From Nanobdellota archaeon (GTDB taxonomy: Archaea; Nanobdellota; Nanobdellia; Pacearchaeales; GW2011-AR1), in NCBI GenBank assembly GCA_021818475.1, contig JAKADZ010000003.1, positions 27,988 through 91,987 of the forward strand: a DNA stretch of 64,000 nt, written 5' to 3'. The notes beneath the pieces were generated by a model. It was not told the DNA's origin. It saw only the letters and a list, made by a program, of their open reading frames with translations, and made no database searches. Within the stretch, counting starts at the first letter, position 1, and each line of letters starts with the position of its first letter. Shown here one piece after another: positions 9,321 through 19,888 of this stretch. Position numbers and translations under genes: made by a program.

Positions 9321-11097
9321 TGTCTAAAAACTCCCTGTTCTCTTTTTCATTTTGTTTGTAGCATTTAACCCCCTCCTCAATCTGCTGCGCAATTTTTTGT
9401 ATATCCTGCGAGAATATCTGGAGATTATTTTTTGAATCAATAAATGAGTCCATTATAAGCTCCTCTATCTTATTCACCCCTTCATTGTTTTCAGAATCAA
9501 GGCCGAGATTAAAAAGAATTATCGGCAGCTCTCCGATTACTAGTCCTATACAGCACATCTTATTGATTATTAAATCAACAACATGCTCTTCTAAAGTGTC
9601 TTTTGTTGCAAGGCTGTAGATATTAATGTCATTTTTCTGCCCGATTCTGTCAAGCCTCCCTATTCTTTGTTCAACTGACATCGGATTCCACGGCAGGTCA
9701 TAATTTATCAGATTCCTGCAGAACTGGAAATTAAGGCCCTCTGCTCCCGTATCCGTGCTTATTAAAATATCTGCCCCGTTCCTGAATTCCTGAACTCTTC
9801 TTGTTCGCTCCTCCCTTTCAAGCCCTCCGACAAATTCAACAATCTTCAGATTAAGGTGTTTTAAATTTTCAATTATATATTCAAGCGTTGAAGGATGCCG
9901 TGTATAAATTAAAATCTGATCTTTTGGATTTTCTTTTTTTATTTTTTCAACAATCTCAACGAGTTTTTTCATTTTTGAATCAACTCCTACTGACTCATAT
10001 TCAACAAGAATTTTTTTTGCTATATCCCTTGTTTTTTCATGATATCTTTCATCGTCAATTATCCTGAGCAGGGATTCTTTTGCGGATTTGGAGGAGCTTG
10101 TAACTTTCGGAAGGATTGCATACACAATCAGCTTCCCGTTGATGGAATCACCATTGGCGGAAAAATACTGCGTTTTAAGCATCTCGCATGTCGCATCATA
10201 AATTTCCTTTTCCTTTTTTGTGAGTTCAACAGGAATTATTTTTGGAATTCTTTTTTTGTAATTAATTCCTGTCTGGCTTCTTTTTCTTCTTATCATTACT
10301 TCTTCAAGTTTTTTCCTGAGTTCCTTCGGATTTAGCGGATATCTTTTATTCCCTCTGTTCATAAATCTTTTTTTGAATTCCTTTATTGTCCCCAAATGCC
10401 CTCTTTTAAGAAGATGAAGCAGATTGTAAAGTTCAATTAAATCATTCTGGAAGGGTGTGGCTGTAAGAATCAAAAATCTTTTTTTCTGCAGCTTATCCAC
10501 AAATATCCATCTGACTGTCCTCCTGGCTTTTAATTTATGCCCCTCGTCGACAATAAGAAGGTCCCACGGAATCTGGTGAGCTTTGTGATGTGTGAACTGC
10601 CCTGTTTTTTTATTCCAGGATTTAACGCGGTCAATTGATGCAATTGCAAGCTCCGCATTGTCCCAGCTGTTTTCATTTTCTATTATTTTAAAATCAAGAT
10701 TAAACTTATCTCTTAACTCACTTTTCCACTGGTCCACTAATGAAGGCGGAACCAATATAAGGATTGTTTTTGCAAATCCTCTTGTAATCGATTCTTTTAT
10801 CACCATCCCCGCAGTGATTGTTTTTCCAAGCCCGACTTCGTCGGCAAGAAGTGCGGTGCAGTTTAAGTCGCGTATTATTTTTATTGCTCCTTCTTTCTGA
10901 TAATCAAGTTTGTATTCAAGATTGTCTTTTATCAGTTCGTAAGAAATAAGTTCATTAACGTCATCTTTTGAAAATTCTTCTGCTTCAAATTTTAAATCGG
11001 AAATTTCCTTTGATTCAAATTCTTTTTTTTCTATCTTTTCAATTAAGTCAAGTCCTTCATCGGAAAAATTTTCTTCAACAATTATTTCATAACCCAT
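9313..11097 (-). CDS. SNF2-family helicase (YqhH/RapA-like)
   Basis: LADEVGLGKT, DEGH, TATP, GAEGLNFQ, NYDLPWNP, EQRIGRLDRIGQ. Confidence 0.9.
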   Translation of the reverse strand: MGYEIIVEENFSDEGLDLIEKIEKKEFESKEISDLKFEAEEFSKDDVNELISYELIKDNLEYKLDYQKEGAIKIIRDLNCTALLADEVGLGKTITAGMVIKESITRGFAKTILILVPPSLVDQWKSELRDKFNLDFKIIENENSWDNAELAIASIDRVKSWNKKTGQFTHHKAHQIPWDLLIVDEGHKLKARRTVRWIFVDKLQKKRFLILTATPFQNDLIELYNLLHLLKRGHLGTIKEFKKRFMNRGNKRYPLNPKELRKKLEEVMIRRKRSQTGINYKKRIPKIIPVELTKKEKEIYDATCEMLKTQYFSANGDSINGKLIVYAILPKVTSSSKSAKESLLRIIDDERYHEKTRDIAKKILVEYESVGVDSKMKKLVEIVEKIKKENPKDQILIYTRHPSTLEYIIENLKHLNLKIVEFVGGLEREERTRRVQEFRNGADILISTDTGAEGLNFQFCRNLINYDLPWNPMSVEQRIGRLDRIGQKNDINIYSLATKDTLEEHVVDLIINKMCCIGLVIGELPIILFNLGLDSENNEGVNKIEELIMDSFIDSKNNLQIFSQDIQKIAQQIEEGVKCYKQNEKENREFLDNE

Positions 11098-12991
11098 TTT
11101 GATTTATTGCTCTCAGGACTCTTTCATCCGGAGAAAGAATGTAAACATGGTCTTCCTTGAACCTGAGTCCCCTGTAAATTCTCTGCAGCAATTCTCTTCT
11201 CGCTTTATCTTTGTAAAAATCCCAGTAATAATCAGGATTTGTTTTTTTGAGAACGTCCCAGAATGCCGATTTCACGTCGGGATTTGGATATTTTGTGAAA
11301 ACAATGCTGTTGCATTGCTCCCCCGGAAAGTCAATTCCTCTCGTGCATTTTGTAGAAAATAACACTTCCATTTCCCCCTCTTTGAATTTCCTTATGTCCT
11401 CTCCGGTTTTGTCATTTTCCTGCATCTTCATAAGTTCATCTCTGCTTATGGTGCTGTTTAATCCAAATTTTTTTATTTCGTAATCATCCGGAAGATCATA
11501 AAAGGAATTTATATGAATCAGGGTTGGTTTTTTTGAAATTTCTATGCTTTTGTCAAGAGCTTTCAGATATTTTTCCCTGCTTTCTATGGGATATTTGCAG
11601 TCAAATTCCAGCCCCGTCCTCATTACTTCCATGCTTCCCTGCTGTTCTGTTTCAGCCTCGAGAATTTTGAATTTATCAAGCCCGAAAATATTTTTTAATA
11701 CATTTTCAGAATGTATCGTCCCGGACATCATGATAATTACTTTATTTTTGTCCATCATTTCTTTCAATCTTTTTGCGAGATTTGTTGTAACCAGCTCTGC
11801 AATAAGATTATTGTCTTTTTTGCTGAAGGTTAAATAAGTTTCATTAAGAAATTCATCAAACATTCTTGCAGTTTCTGCGACGTCAAAAAGGTAACTTTCA
11901 TCATCAATGTCATAAAGAAATTCCTGATTATCAAGAATCAGCTTTAGCAGATCATAAACTTCTGTCTTGTTTAATGGGATTATTTGTTTTGAAAAAACTG
12001 AATGCTGTATTTCCTGATTTTCTTTTATTTCTTCAATCTTTCTCCACATTTTCCTCATTATCCCGTCTGCTTCTTCCATTTCAGAAACAATCTGGTTAAG
12101 GGAATTCTGCAGCCTGTCAAAATTTATTATTCTCTGGCTTGAAAATCCGTCGAGAAATTCATCGCATTCATCGATTATCTCGGCTTCAGTTTCAGGCTTC
12201 CTATTCATGCCTGATTCAAGTTTGTATTTAAGAGAATTGAAGACCAAAACATCAGCATCAATGTAAGAATTAAACTGCTCGTAAAAAGGGCATCCTTTTT
12301 TTCTTTCATAAAAAATAAATTTTGTTCCTTTCAGCCCGGTATAACTTCTTTTTTTTGCATGTTCAAAACTTTTTCCGTTAAGTTCAAATTTGTCAGGAAA
12401 AACCGGGCACCAGTAAGGGCAAACAGGAGCGATTGATGCTCTTTTGACATCTTTTACTGTATTGAAATTTTTTGGATTTATATTATGATTATCTTTAAGC
12501 AATGCAAAAATTCTGTTTGAATTTTTTTCCTTGAGTTCTATCCTGCACGGGATAAAAGGATTGTCTGCAGTCAGATTTGTTTCTTTTTCTCTTCTGTCAA
12601 AAATTTCATTTAATTTTAGATTTCTTTCTTCCCGAAAAATCGGGACATTCTTATCCTCGAGATATTTGCATTTGTGATTATTTCGTCCCGTTATTACAGA
12701 AATTTTTAATCTCTCCCCGTTTTCTTTAAGTAGATATTTTTGGTTTTCATAATCTTCTTTATACTGGTTCTGCAAAGTTTTTCCAGGAACAACAATGCAG
12801 CTCTTTCCTAGTTCTCTTGCAATATTCAAGGCTATTGCGCTTTTTCCTGTCCCGCAGACTCCATGTATAAAAATTATTCTGTTCCCTTCTTCAATTAATT
12901 TCAGAACTTCATTGACAGTATCTTCCTGTGTTTTTCCGTTGGAAAATTGCAATGGTTTCAGAAATTTATCTCCATAATATAAGCTCCACAT
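11087..12991 (-). CDS. DinG/XPD(Rad3)-like SF2 helicase
   Basis: Walker A GVCGTGKS, DECD, SGT, RGIDFPG, QRIYRGLR, CPFY and other Cys; start set at MWSLY. Confidence 0.8.
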   Translation of the reverse strand: MWSLYYGDKFLKPLQFSNGKTQEDTVNEVLKLIEEGNRIIFIHGVCGTGKSAIALNIARELGKSCIVVPGKTLQNQYKEDYENQKYLLKENGERLKISVITGRNNHKCKYLEDKNVPIFREERNLKLNEIFDRREKETNLTADNPFIPCRIELKEKNSNRIFALLKDNHNINPKNFNTVKDVKRASIAPVCPYWCPVFPDKFELNGKSFEHAKKRSYTGLKGTKFIFYERKKGCPFYEQFNSYIDADVLVFNSLKYKLESGMNRKPETEAEIIDECDEFLDGFSSQRIINFDRLQNSLNQIVSEMEEADGIMRKMWRKIEEIKENQEIQHSVFSKQIIPLNKTEVYDLLKLILDNQEFLYDIDDESYLFDVAETARMFDEFLNETYLTFSKKDNNLIAELVTTNLAKRLKEMMDKNKVIIMMSGTIHSENVLKNIFGLDKFKILEAETEQQGSMEVMRTGLEFDCKYPIESREKYLKALDKSIEISKKPTLIHINSFYDLPDDYEIKKFGLNSTISRDELMKMQENDKTGEDIRKFKEGEMEVLFSTKCTRGIDFPGEQCNSIVFTKYPNPDVKSAFWDVLKKTNPDYYWDFYKDKARRELLQRIYRGLRFKEDHVYILSPDERVLRAINQNGL

Positions 12992-13055
12992 CTTTTTTCC
13001 TCTATTTTTACAAATTAGTAAATTCAAGAATGAGTTATAAATATTACTGTAAAAA

Positions 13056-13454
13056 TTAATCTATAAACGGAGCTTTAAAATAATCTTCATCCCTGTCAGG
13101 AGAATATTCTCCCCAAAAAAGTTTTCCTTTTTCTTTTCCTTCTGTTTTAACAAGAAGTCTTCTGCGTTCAATTCCTTCTGTTGAGTCCATGTCTCCCTCA
13201 TCCCATGCCCCTTTCATAAATCCAATTCCTTCTTCATTAATATCTATTCTGTATTCTCCTGGATTTCCATTTTTATCTTTGTATTCAAAAGTAAGATACA
13301 AAAATCCTCTTTTTGTATTCGGATTTATTCCGTTTCGAATATGTAGATTATATTTATTCTCTCCCAGAGTAATATTTTCAACATCCAGGTCACGTCCAAC
13401 TTTAGCAACTTGTTCAAATACTCTTCTTACAAGCATAGAATTTTCCTCTTCCAT
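13056..13454 (-). CDS. hypothetical protein
   Basis: 132 aa ORF with natural composition. Confidence 0.6.
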   Translation of the reverse strand: MEEENSMLVRRVFEQVAKVGRDLDVENITLGENKYNLHIRNGINPNTKRGFLYLTFEYKDKNGNPGEYRIDINEEGIGFMKGAWDEGDMDSTEGIERRRLLVKTEGKEKGKLFWGEYSPDRDEDYFKAPFID

Positions 13455-13572
13455 AAAAATCTTTGATTAATTTCATTTAAATAGATTATTATCAATCAAA
13501 ATATATTTTAGAAGAATTCTTGTCCAGACTAAAAGTGTAAAGATTATCAGCGTACAATAAAAATAAGTCGGC

Positions 13573-13857
13573 TTAGCCGAATAATGCTGATAATCCTTCT
13601 GCTGCAGCTTCTTTCTTTTCTTCTACTGCTTTGTTTTCTTTCTTTTCTGCTTTAGGAGCTTCTGCTGGAGCTGCTGCAACTAAACTTGCACTCTCCAATT
13701 CTTTATCGATGTCTACTCCCTTCAAGCTGGCAACAAGTGACTTAAGTTGTGATTCATCAACCTGTCCGCCTGCAGCTGCAACAACACTTTTCAAATTATT
13801 CTCGTTAACTTCCTTTCCGAGTTTGTGCAACAAAAGTGCTGCGTATATGTTTTCCAT
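13573..13857 (-). CDS. rpl12: 50S ribosomal stalk protein L12 (aP1)
   Basis: [11 protein letters not shown] start, Ala/Glu hinge, GLSALFG terminus. Confidence 0.95.
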   Translation of the reverse strand: MENIYAALLLHKLGKEVNENNLKSVVAAAGGQVDESQLKSLVASLKGVDIDKELESASLVAAAPAEAPKAEKKENKAVEEKKEAAAEGLSALFG

Positions 13858-13861
13858 TTTT

Positions 13862-14665
13862 TTAATTTACCTCTCCAGATTTATTTTCTGAAGTATTTGT
13901 TAAATTTTCCAAAGCCAGTTCATGTCTTCCTGCTTTCTGAAGTAAATATTTTATCGTATCATCTGAAACATAACCAATCTCTACAGCGAATGGAAGCGCC
14001 TTGCTGAATGCATTCTTCAACTCTGCAAGCACTTTCTCCGTGTCAATATCTATATTCAGATATGCTTTCTTTTCCTTATTATCATATCCTGCAAGAGGAA
14101 TTAAACTGATTGTGAATGGTCTTATGTCAAGTTTGCTCAAAACGTCTGCAACAGGAGCTGAAATTTTGTCTCCTTTCTTCGCGACAACTTTTGCTTCTTT
14201 AATGCTCAACTTCCCTTTATCTATCTGAACCTGAAGTCCGACTGCTCCCAATTCACTTATTGCCGGGCCAGGAACAAGATCTGTTGGTCCTGCTGGAATT
14301 TCAATATCCATCGGAGCTTCCTGTCCTGCTTTTGCTTTTGCCGGACTTTTATTCTTAGCAAGTTCAGCGGCAAGTTCGAAACAGTCCATGTCAGAAAAAA
14401 GCATCGCGACATTATCATTAATCTTAGTTTCAGTAATTTTTGCCTCGCTTTCTCCTGAATCATTTATAGATTTAATTATAAGATTTTTCTTAGGGACTTT
14501 AACCACTGCTTTTCCTCTTAGTTTCTTGACTATCTCCTGAAATTGTGAAGCAGGAATTCCTTTTATTGAAACGAGAAGGAACGTTCTGTTTTTCTTCATC
14601 AAATCATTAAGTTCCTTTACAGTTTTTTTCTTGACTTCTGAAACGTGTGCTTTTGGGTTTGTCAT
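13862..14665 (-). CDS. rpl10: 50S ribosomal protein L10 (aP0)
   Basis: [26 protein letters not shown]; L1-L10-L12 order. Confidence 0.95.
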   Translation of the reverse strand: MTNPKAHVSEVKKKTVKELNDLMKKNRTFLLVSIKGIPASQFQEIVKKLRGKAVVKVPKKNLIIKSINDSGESEAKITETKINDNVAMLFSDMDCFELAAELAKNKSPAKAKAGQEAPMDIEIPAGPTDLVPGPAISELGAVGLQVQIDKGKLSIKEAKVVAKKGDKISAPVADVLSKLDIRPFTISLIPLAGYDNKEKKAYLNIDIDTEKVLAELKNAFSKALPFAVEIGYVSDDTIKYLLQKAGRHELALENLTNTSENKSGEVN

Positions 14666-14666
14666 C

Positions 14667-15299
14667 TTATTTTAGTTTTATTTTCTGAGGCTTGCTCATT
14701 GTAAATTTTAATTCAAGATTTTTTATGTTTTCTTTTCCTTTAGCCAATGCTTTCAAAACTGCATTGTAAACTGCCAAAGCATTTTCTGCAATTTCCTCAT
14801 CTTTCATGCTTTGTCTTCCAATCTGGACTTTTATGCTTGCTTCTTTTGTTTTTATTTTAACACTATTATTGATTCTGCTTTTCAGGTCATTTATTGTTTT
14901 GTCGTCTGCATTTACCATAATCCCCATCTGAGGCGAGGGCATTTTTCCGGTAGGACCTAAAGCTCTTCCGAAAGTTGTAGCAACAATTGGCATGAGGCTT
15001 GCCTGAGCAATGAAGAAATCATAATCTCTTGCAAGTTTTTTTATCTCTTTCTTTGTCGAATATTTTTTGAATTCAGAACGGGTGATTGTGTCAACAACAT
15101 TGCTCTTTATTTCCAAAAATCCGCAGATTTTTTTGTCCTTTATTTTGTAAGGAACAGAAATGAAAAGATTTACCTGCTCTTTCTTTATATCAAATTTTTG
15201 CAGATTGATAATTAAGTCTACTGACTGGTCAAACTTTCTTTGTTTGCTTTTTCTCAATTCTGCTAATGCTTGTTTTAATTCTTCGCTTAATTCTGCCAT
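14667..15299 (-). CDS. rpl1: 50S ribosomal protein L1
   Basis: RKFDQSVDLIINL, GRALGPTGKMP. Confidence 0.95.
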   Translation of the reverse strand: MAELSEELKQALAELRKSKQRKFDQSVDLIINLQKFDIKKEQVNLFISVPYKIKDKKICGFLEIKSNVVDTITRSEFKKYSTKKEIKKLARDYDFFIAQASLMPIVATTFGRALGPTGKMPSPQMGIMVNADDKTINDLKSRINNSVKIKTKEASIKVQIGRQSMKDEEIAENALAVYNAVLKALAKGKENIKNLELKFTMSKPQKIKLK

Positions 15300-15511
15300 T
15301 TTTCTGAACTGTTTTAGTTGTCTCCCATTTATGCGCCGGCACCATAGAATTTATGCGTCAGCGACATGGTTCAATCGACAAAATCTTTAGAAAATTATCA
15401 TTTATAAATTATTCTATAATAGTTATCTCTGTCCAATTAGCATTTCCTTCCGTAAAATAAATCCAATTTTTACAATAATTCTTATAAATCGTTTTAATTT
15501 ACTCTTTCACT

Positions 15512-15862
15512 ATGGAATTCATTGCATTATTATCTTCAGGAAAAGGAACCTGGGCGCAGGTTTCAGGGTTGATTAAATATGGCGAATGGGAAAAAATAAT
15601 TTTATTAGGCGACGAATTTGCGAAACAGTTTACTGCAGAAAAACCATTTGAATTTATTAAAGTTGACTTAGGAAAAAAATTAAAAGATTTGCGTGATGAA
15701 TTTTCCCAGAAATTAAAAGGAAAAATTGACGGAACAGAAGTTGCACTTTCAATTGCATCTGGCGACGGAAAAGAACATATGGCTTTAATTTCTGCTTTGA
15801 TTAATTCCCCTGTTGGAGTAAGATTTGCTGCTTTAACCAAAGACGGAGTTGTTGATTTGTAA
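15512..15862 (+). CDS. hypothetical protein
   Basis: 116 aa, LSSGKGTW and SGDGKEHMAL motifs; TATA CTTATAAA upstream. Confidence 0.75.
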   Translation: MEFIALLSSGKGTWAQVSGLIKYGEWEKIILLGDEFAKQFTAEKPFEFIKVDLGKKLKDLRDEFSQKLKGKIDGTEVALSIASGDGKEHMALISALINSPVGVRFAALTKDGVVDL

Positions 15863-15863
15863 A

Positions 15864-16079
15864 ATGAGAAAAAGTGCAGATTACAGATTTGAAATGTTAA
15901 AAAGTGATCTCGATCAGATGATGGTTGAAGAATCAAAAGCAATTCTTGAAAGAATTAAAGATTATAATCCTGAAGAAAGAAGACTCTACCTTAAAGGATA
16001 TTTTGATTCATTGCAAAGATTCGTTGATTTAGACACCGATTTGTTTATTCATCTGGTTCATAATATTTCATTAAAATAA
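15864..16079 (+). CDS. small hypothetical protein
   Basis: ATG directly after upstream stop. Confidence 0.5.
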   Translation: MRKSADYRFEMLKSDLDQMMVEESKAILERIKDYNPEERRLYLKGYFDSLQRFVDLDTDLFIHLVHNISLK

Positions 16080-16102
16080 TTCTTTTTTGCAACTAATGAA
16101 AA

Positions 16103-17098
16103 TTAAAACTGATTTTTCTTAATTTTCATATCTGCTTTGCTTTTTCCTAGAAGAACGACTCTTGATTCTTTTTTCTCGTCGAGGAATTTATATTCTGGTA
16201 AAAATTCTAAAAGTTTTTTTGAAAACTCAATAATTTCTTTATGATACGGCATCCTTTCATAACCCAGTCTTTGCCTCGCAAAACCAACACTCATAAATCC
16301 TTTCATCTCTATAAACATCGGATTCGCTTTTTTGATAAGATTGGCATATTCCTCTGCCATTTCATCGGACATATTCAGTTCCCTTACTAAATTCATTCTG
16401 AAAACAGTTCTTGTTTTATCCTTTACACGAGCCATAATTTCAAGGCTTTTGTTGAGTCTTTCCCATGCATCTTTTTTCGAGCTTCTGTGAAATTTCTGAT
16501 AAAGTTCTTTATTGGGGGTGTTGACAGAAATATATAGCTGCGTCGGCAATTGCTTATTCTTTTCCATCTCTTCCAATTTTTCAGGATATAATCCATTTGT
16601 AACCAAGAAACTTGTTTTTCCTCTCTTTCTCAATTCATCAATCAATCCTCCGATGTGTTCATAAACTGTGGGCTCTCCTGAAAGTGAAATTGCAAACTGC
16701 ATCGGTTCCTGGGCTTCCAGATATTTTTTCTGATTTGCCTTGCTAAGCTGTTTCTTATTTGATTTTTTATCGACGTTAAATCCGATTAGTAACTTTCTCT
16801 GCGCTTCTATGCATTTGTCAACAACCTCCTTTGGAGAGTCTACATTCCCTTTTAATTCACTGTCAATTGTCATTTCAATTGCTCTCCAGCAATGTACGCA
16901 TCGGTTTGGACACCACATAACTGCAGGGGACATCTGGCAGCATAAATGTGATTTAATTCCGTAAAATTGTTCTTTATAACAGACTCCCTCATCTAAAAGA
17001 GATTTCTTGGTCCATCTGCAAATTTGAACTGCAGAATGTTTTCCTGCAATTGCATAATGCTGTTTCTTCAAAATTTTTTTAACTTTTTCAGGTATCAT
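16103..17098 (-). CDS. taw1: 4-demethylwyosine synthase TYW1/Taw1 (radical SAM)
   Basis: HSAVQICRWT, CYKEQFYGIKSH, CPNRCVHC, AISLSGEPT. Confidence 0.93.
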   Translation of the reverse strand: MIPEKVKKILKKQHYAIAGKHSAVQICRWTKKSLLDEGVCYKEQFYGIKSHLCCQMSPAVMWCPNRCVHCWRAIEMTIDSELKGNVDSPKEVVDKCIEAQRKLLIGFNVDKKSNKKQLSKANQKKYLEAQEPMQFAISLSGEPTVYEHIGGLIDELRKRGKTSFLVTNGLYPEKLEEMEKNKQLPTQLYISVNTPNKELYQKFHRSSKKDAWERLNKSLEIMARVKDKTRTVFRMNLVRELNMSDEMAEEYANLIKKANPMFIEMKGFMSVGFARQRLGYERMPYHKEIIEFSKKLLEFLPEYKFLDEKKESRVVLLGKSKADMKIKKNQF

Positions 17099-17128
17099 AA
17101 AAGGAGGATAGAAATTTTATTTTTAAAT

Positions 17129-18553
17129 CTACTTAAACAAACCTACTGCCCAGAAAACCATAAGGACTAAAAGAAGGAATAAAAATAATCCGGTCATAAA
17201 CTTGAATGCTTTTTCTGCTTTTTGTTTGCTCTTTGTAATTGCCAGGATTGTCAGATAAAAAAATCTTCCGCCGTCGAAAATTCCTACAGGAAGCATATTA
17301 ACAAGTGCAACGCTGAAGCTTATTACAACAAGCCACCATAATAAATTGTAGATAAATTCTGCAGCCTCAAAGTTAGATTTGTAGTAAACATTAGAGTCTT
17401 TAAATGAGAACCAGCTCATAATCTTGTTAAAAATGCCAGTGCTTCCTCTGCTCATAAACCCGATTCCAAGATAAGGTGCACTTTTATTCTGGGGGTTTTG
17501 TCCGAGGGTGATTTTATAATCCTGATAAGAATTACCATTCAGGGCAGTTATTGTAATATTGCTTCCCGGAGAATAGTTCATTAATATTTTTCCAAGTTGC
17601 TCTTCATTGTTCACATTGATGCCGTTAATTCTTACAATTGTATTCGGAAGATTTGCTTTTATTGCGGGAGCATTATCATAAAGGTAAATATATCCCTGAT
17701 TATTTTTCTGTTGGGTAAGGAAATTCTCCGTTATGAAATATTCAGAATCATTGGTTTTCACGTCTGCCAAAGCAGAAGTATTCGCCAGACTTAATAACTG
17801 ATTATAAGAAATATTGCTCACATGAACGTTGTTTACAGAGGTTATTGCAGAAATTCCGACAACCGAATAAGTATAAGTGTCAAATATAACTCCTGACGGG
17901 GTAAATGCTATCCAGAAAAATAATAATAAAACTGCAAAAAACAAAATTGCAACAAGCGTGTTGGCAAAAGTTCCTGCAGATAAAATTGCCATCTGGTGTG
18001 AAATTTTTTTCTTCTGCATTTTCTTTTCATCAAGCTCTACAAATGCTGCTAAAAATATCGGAAGGAAGAATGGGAAAAATCCAAAGCCTGTGCTTTTTAT
18101 CTTCACTTTTTTATTCGCTGCGAAAATTCCATGGCTGAATTCGTGGCTTATTGCAACAACTGCAATTATAATTATCCAATAAATAAAATAGAAAGGCGGA
18201 AGAAAATTAAGCTGGAAAACCTGGGGGAGATAAGGTAACAGGGGCATTATTGGGGGAACTTTAACCAGACTGACTATTTCCGGATTGAAAACATAAATCC
18301 AGACTATTCTCCCGAATAAGTATAACATTCCCGCCATCAGAAGAAATCCGAGTGCGATTGAAACATAACTTAAAACATTGAGCAGTTTTTTGTACTTTTC
18401 ACCTATCTTATTTATTGCCTTTATTCCCGCACTGGTTTTATATAAAATCAGAAACCCCTCTCTTTTAAGATTCTTTTTTCTCCTATATAAAAAAATAGAA
18501 ACAAATATGACAAATGCAGTTAGCAGGACTATATCGTATATTACAAAATTCAT
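17129..18553 (-). CDS. site-2 protease (M50) with PDZ-like domain
   Basis: HEFSH, AGTFAN, NMLPVGIFDGG. Confidence 0.92.
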   Translation of the reverse strand: MNFVIYDIVLLTAFVIFVSIFLYRRKKNLKREGFLILYKTSAGIKAINKIGEKYKKLLNVLSYVSIALGFLLMAGMLYLFGRIVWIYVFNPEIVSLVKVPPIMPLLPYLPQVFQLNFLPPFYFIYWIIIIAVVAISHEFSHGIFAANKKVKIKSTGFGFFPFFLPIFLAAFVELDEKKMQKKKISHQMAILSAGTFANTLVAILFFAVLLLFFWIAFTPSGVIFDTYTYSVVGISAITSVNNVHVSNISYNQLLSLANTSALADVKTNDSEYFITENFLTQQKNNQGYIYLYDNAPAIKANLPNTIVRINGINVNNEEQLGKILMNYSPGSNITITALNGNSYQDYKITLGQNPQNKSAPYLGIGFMSRGSTGIFNKIMSWFSFKDSNVYYKSNFEAAEFIYNLLWWLVVISFSVALVNMLPVGIFDGGRFFYLTILAITKSKQKAEKAFKFMTGLFLFLLLVLMVFWAVGLFK

Positions 18554-18611
18554 CTCTTTATTTTAAATTTATTTTCTTTATGTAAATTTCCATTTTATTT
18601 AATGGAAATAT

Positions 18612-18773
18612 TTATTTTTTCCTCAATGGTCTGAATGCTTTCTTTTTGCATTTTCGACATTTGACTTTTCCCTTCAAAACTTTCTGCGGGTCTGCCTTAT
18701 TTTTAGTCTGGCAGTTTTTACAGACGAAAACATTCTTAAAAATTCTATTTGTTGCTTCAGGAATTTTAGTCAT
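18612..18773 (-). CDS. rpl40e: 50S ribosomal protein L40e
   Basis: Manual 53 aa ORF MTKIPEATNRIFKNVFVCKNC..KCRKCKKKAFRPLRKK. Confidence 0.85.
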   Translation of the reverse strand: MTKIPEATNRIFKNVFVCKNCQTKNKADPQKVLKGKVKCRKCKKKAFRPLRKK

Positions 18774-18780
18774 ATTTTAG

Positions 18781-19167
18781 TTATACCTTTCGTTTAATTA
18801 TTTTTTCTCCTTCAACATCCCAATATTCTACATTGTCATTTTCGGCTAGTTCAGCCTTTATCTCTTCGGGGCATTCTACTTCTATTGTTTCGAAGTTCTC
18901 CAGGTCCATTAAGCTGACTTTCTCTCCAACTGAAAGAACCTGCCCTTTTCTTTTTTCAACCAGAGGAATTTCCAATCGGTCATGTCCCGGGATTACAAAA
19001 ACTTTTTTTGCATCGGTTATTATGCCTGAACATTCAATTCTGCATTTTGCATGTCCGTGCTTTCCGGTCTTTGAAATATCTATTTTTTTTATAGTGCAGG
19101 GCATTCCATCCACGATGATATTCGTTCCGACTTTCGCCTCTGTTGCGTTTATTATCTTTAAAACCAT
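18781..19167 (-). CDS. eif5a: translation factor aIF5A
   Basis: Hypusine loop SKTGKHGHAK; start at MVLKI. Confidence 0.95.
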   Translation of the reverse strand: MVLKIINATEAKVGTNIIVDGMPCTIKKIDISKTGKHGHAKCRIECSGIITDAKKVFVIPGHDRLEIPLVEKRKGQVLSVGEKVSLMDLENFETIEVECPEEIKAELAENDNVEYWDVEGEKIIKRKV

Positions 19168-19218
19168 AACTAAACCAAAAAAAATACATTTATAAACATT
19201 TTTACTCAAGAAAATAAA

Positions 19219-19857
19219 ATGACATTGCAAAAAAAGGATTTCATTGAAATTGAATTTACCGGAAAAATCAAAGGAGGAGAAGTTTTTGATTCTAATATAA
19301 AAAAGGATCTCGAACACCTAAACCCCGAAGCAAAACCTAAGCCGCTTGTATTCTCCCTCGGTGAAGGTATGTTCCTGAAAGGAATAGATGATTTTCTTAT
19401 AGGAAAAGAAGTTGGGAAATACACAATAGAATTATCTCCCGACAAGGCATTTGGACCGAGGATTCCTGACTTTGTCCAAAAAGTTCCGATAAAAATATTC
19501 CACTCCCAAAACCTAAATCCGGTTCCTGGTGCATTATTTAATTTTGACGGGAGGATTGCAAAAGTCCTTTCTGTTTCAGGAGGAAGAGTTATGGTGGATT
19601 TCAACAACCCCCTTGCAGGAAAAGACGTTATCTATGAAATTAATATTTTAAGAAAAATTGACGACATGAATGAAAAAGTGAAATCTTTAATTGACTTTTT
19701 ATTCAGAAGGGAAATGAATTTTAAAATAGAAAATGAAAAGGTGATAATTGAAGTTGAGAAAAATTTAGTTCAGTTCGTAGAGATGTTCAAGGAAAAATTC
19801 AAAGACATAATTGGATTGGATTTGGAAGTAAAGGCAGTAGACCAAAAATCACAATAA
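19219..19857 (+). CDS. FKBP-type peptidyl-prolyl isomerase (long SlyD-like)
   Basis: GEVFDSN, SPDKAFG, VDFNNPLAGK. Confidence 0.9.
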   Translation: MTLQKKDFIEIEFTGKIKGGEVFDSNIKKDLEHLNPEAKPKPLVFSLGEGMFLKGIDDFLIGKEVGKYTIELSPDKAFGPRIPDFVQKVPIKIFHSQNLNPVPGALFNFDGRIAKVLSVSGGRVMVDFNNPLAGKDVIYEINILRKIDDMNEKVKSLIDFLFRREMNFKIENEKVIIEVEKNLVQFVEMFKEKFKDIIGLDLEVKAVDQKSQ

Positions 19858-19888
19858 TTCTTAAAAAGTTTTATTCTATGAATTCAAA

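Noticed and set aside
15300-15390. L1 autoregulatory leader
   Set aside because: A GGGAG and a repeated ATTTATGCG are present, but the two-helix L1-binding fold could not be built by eye
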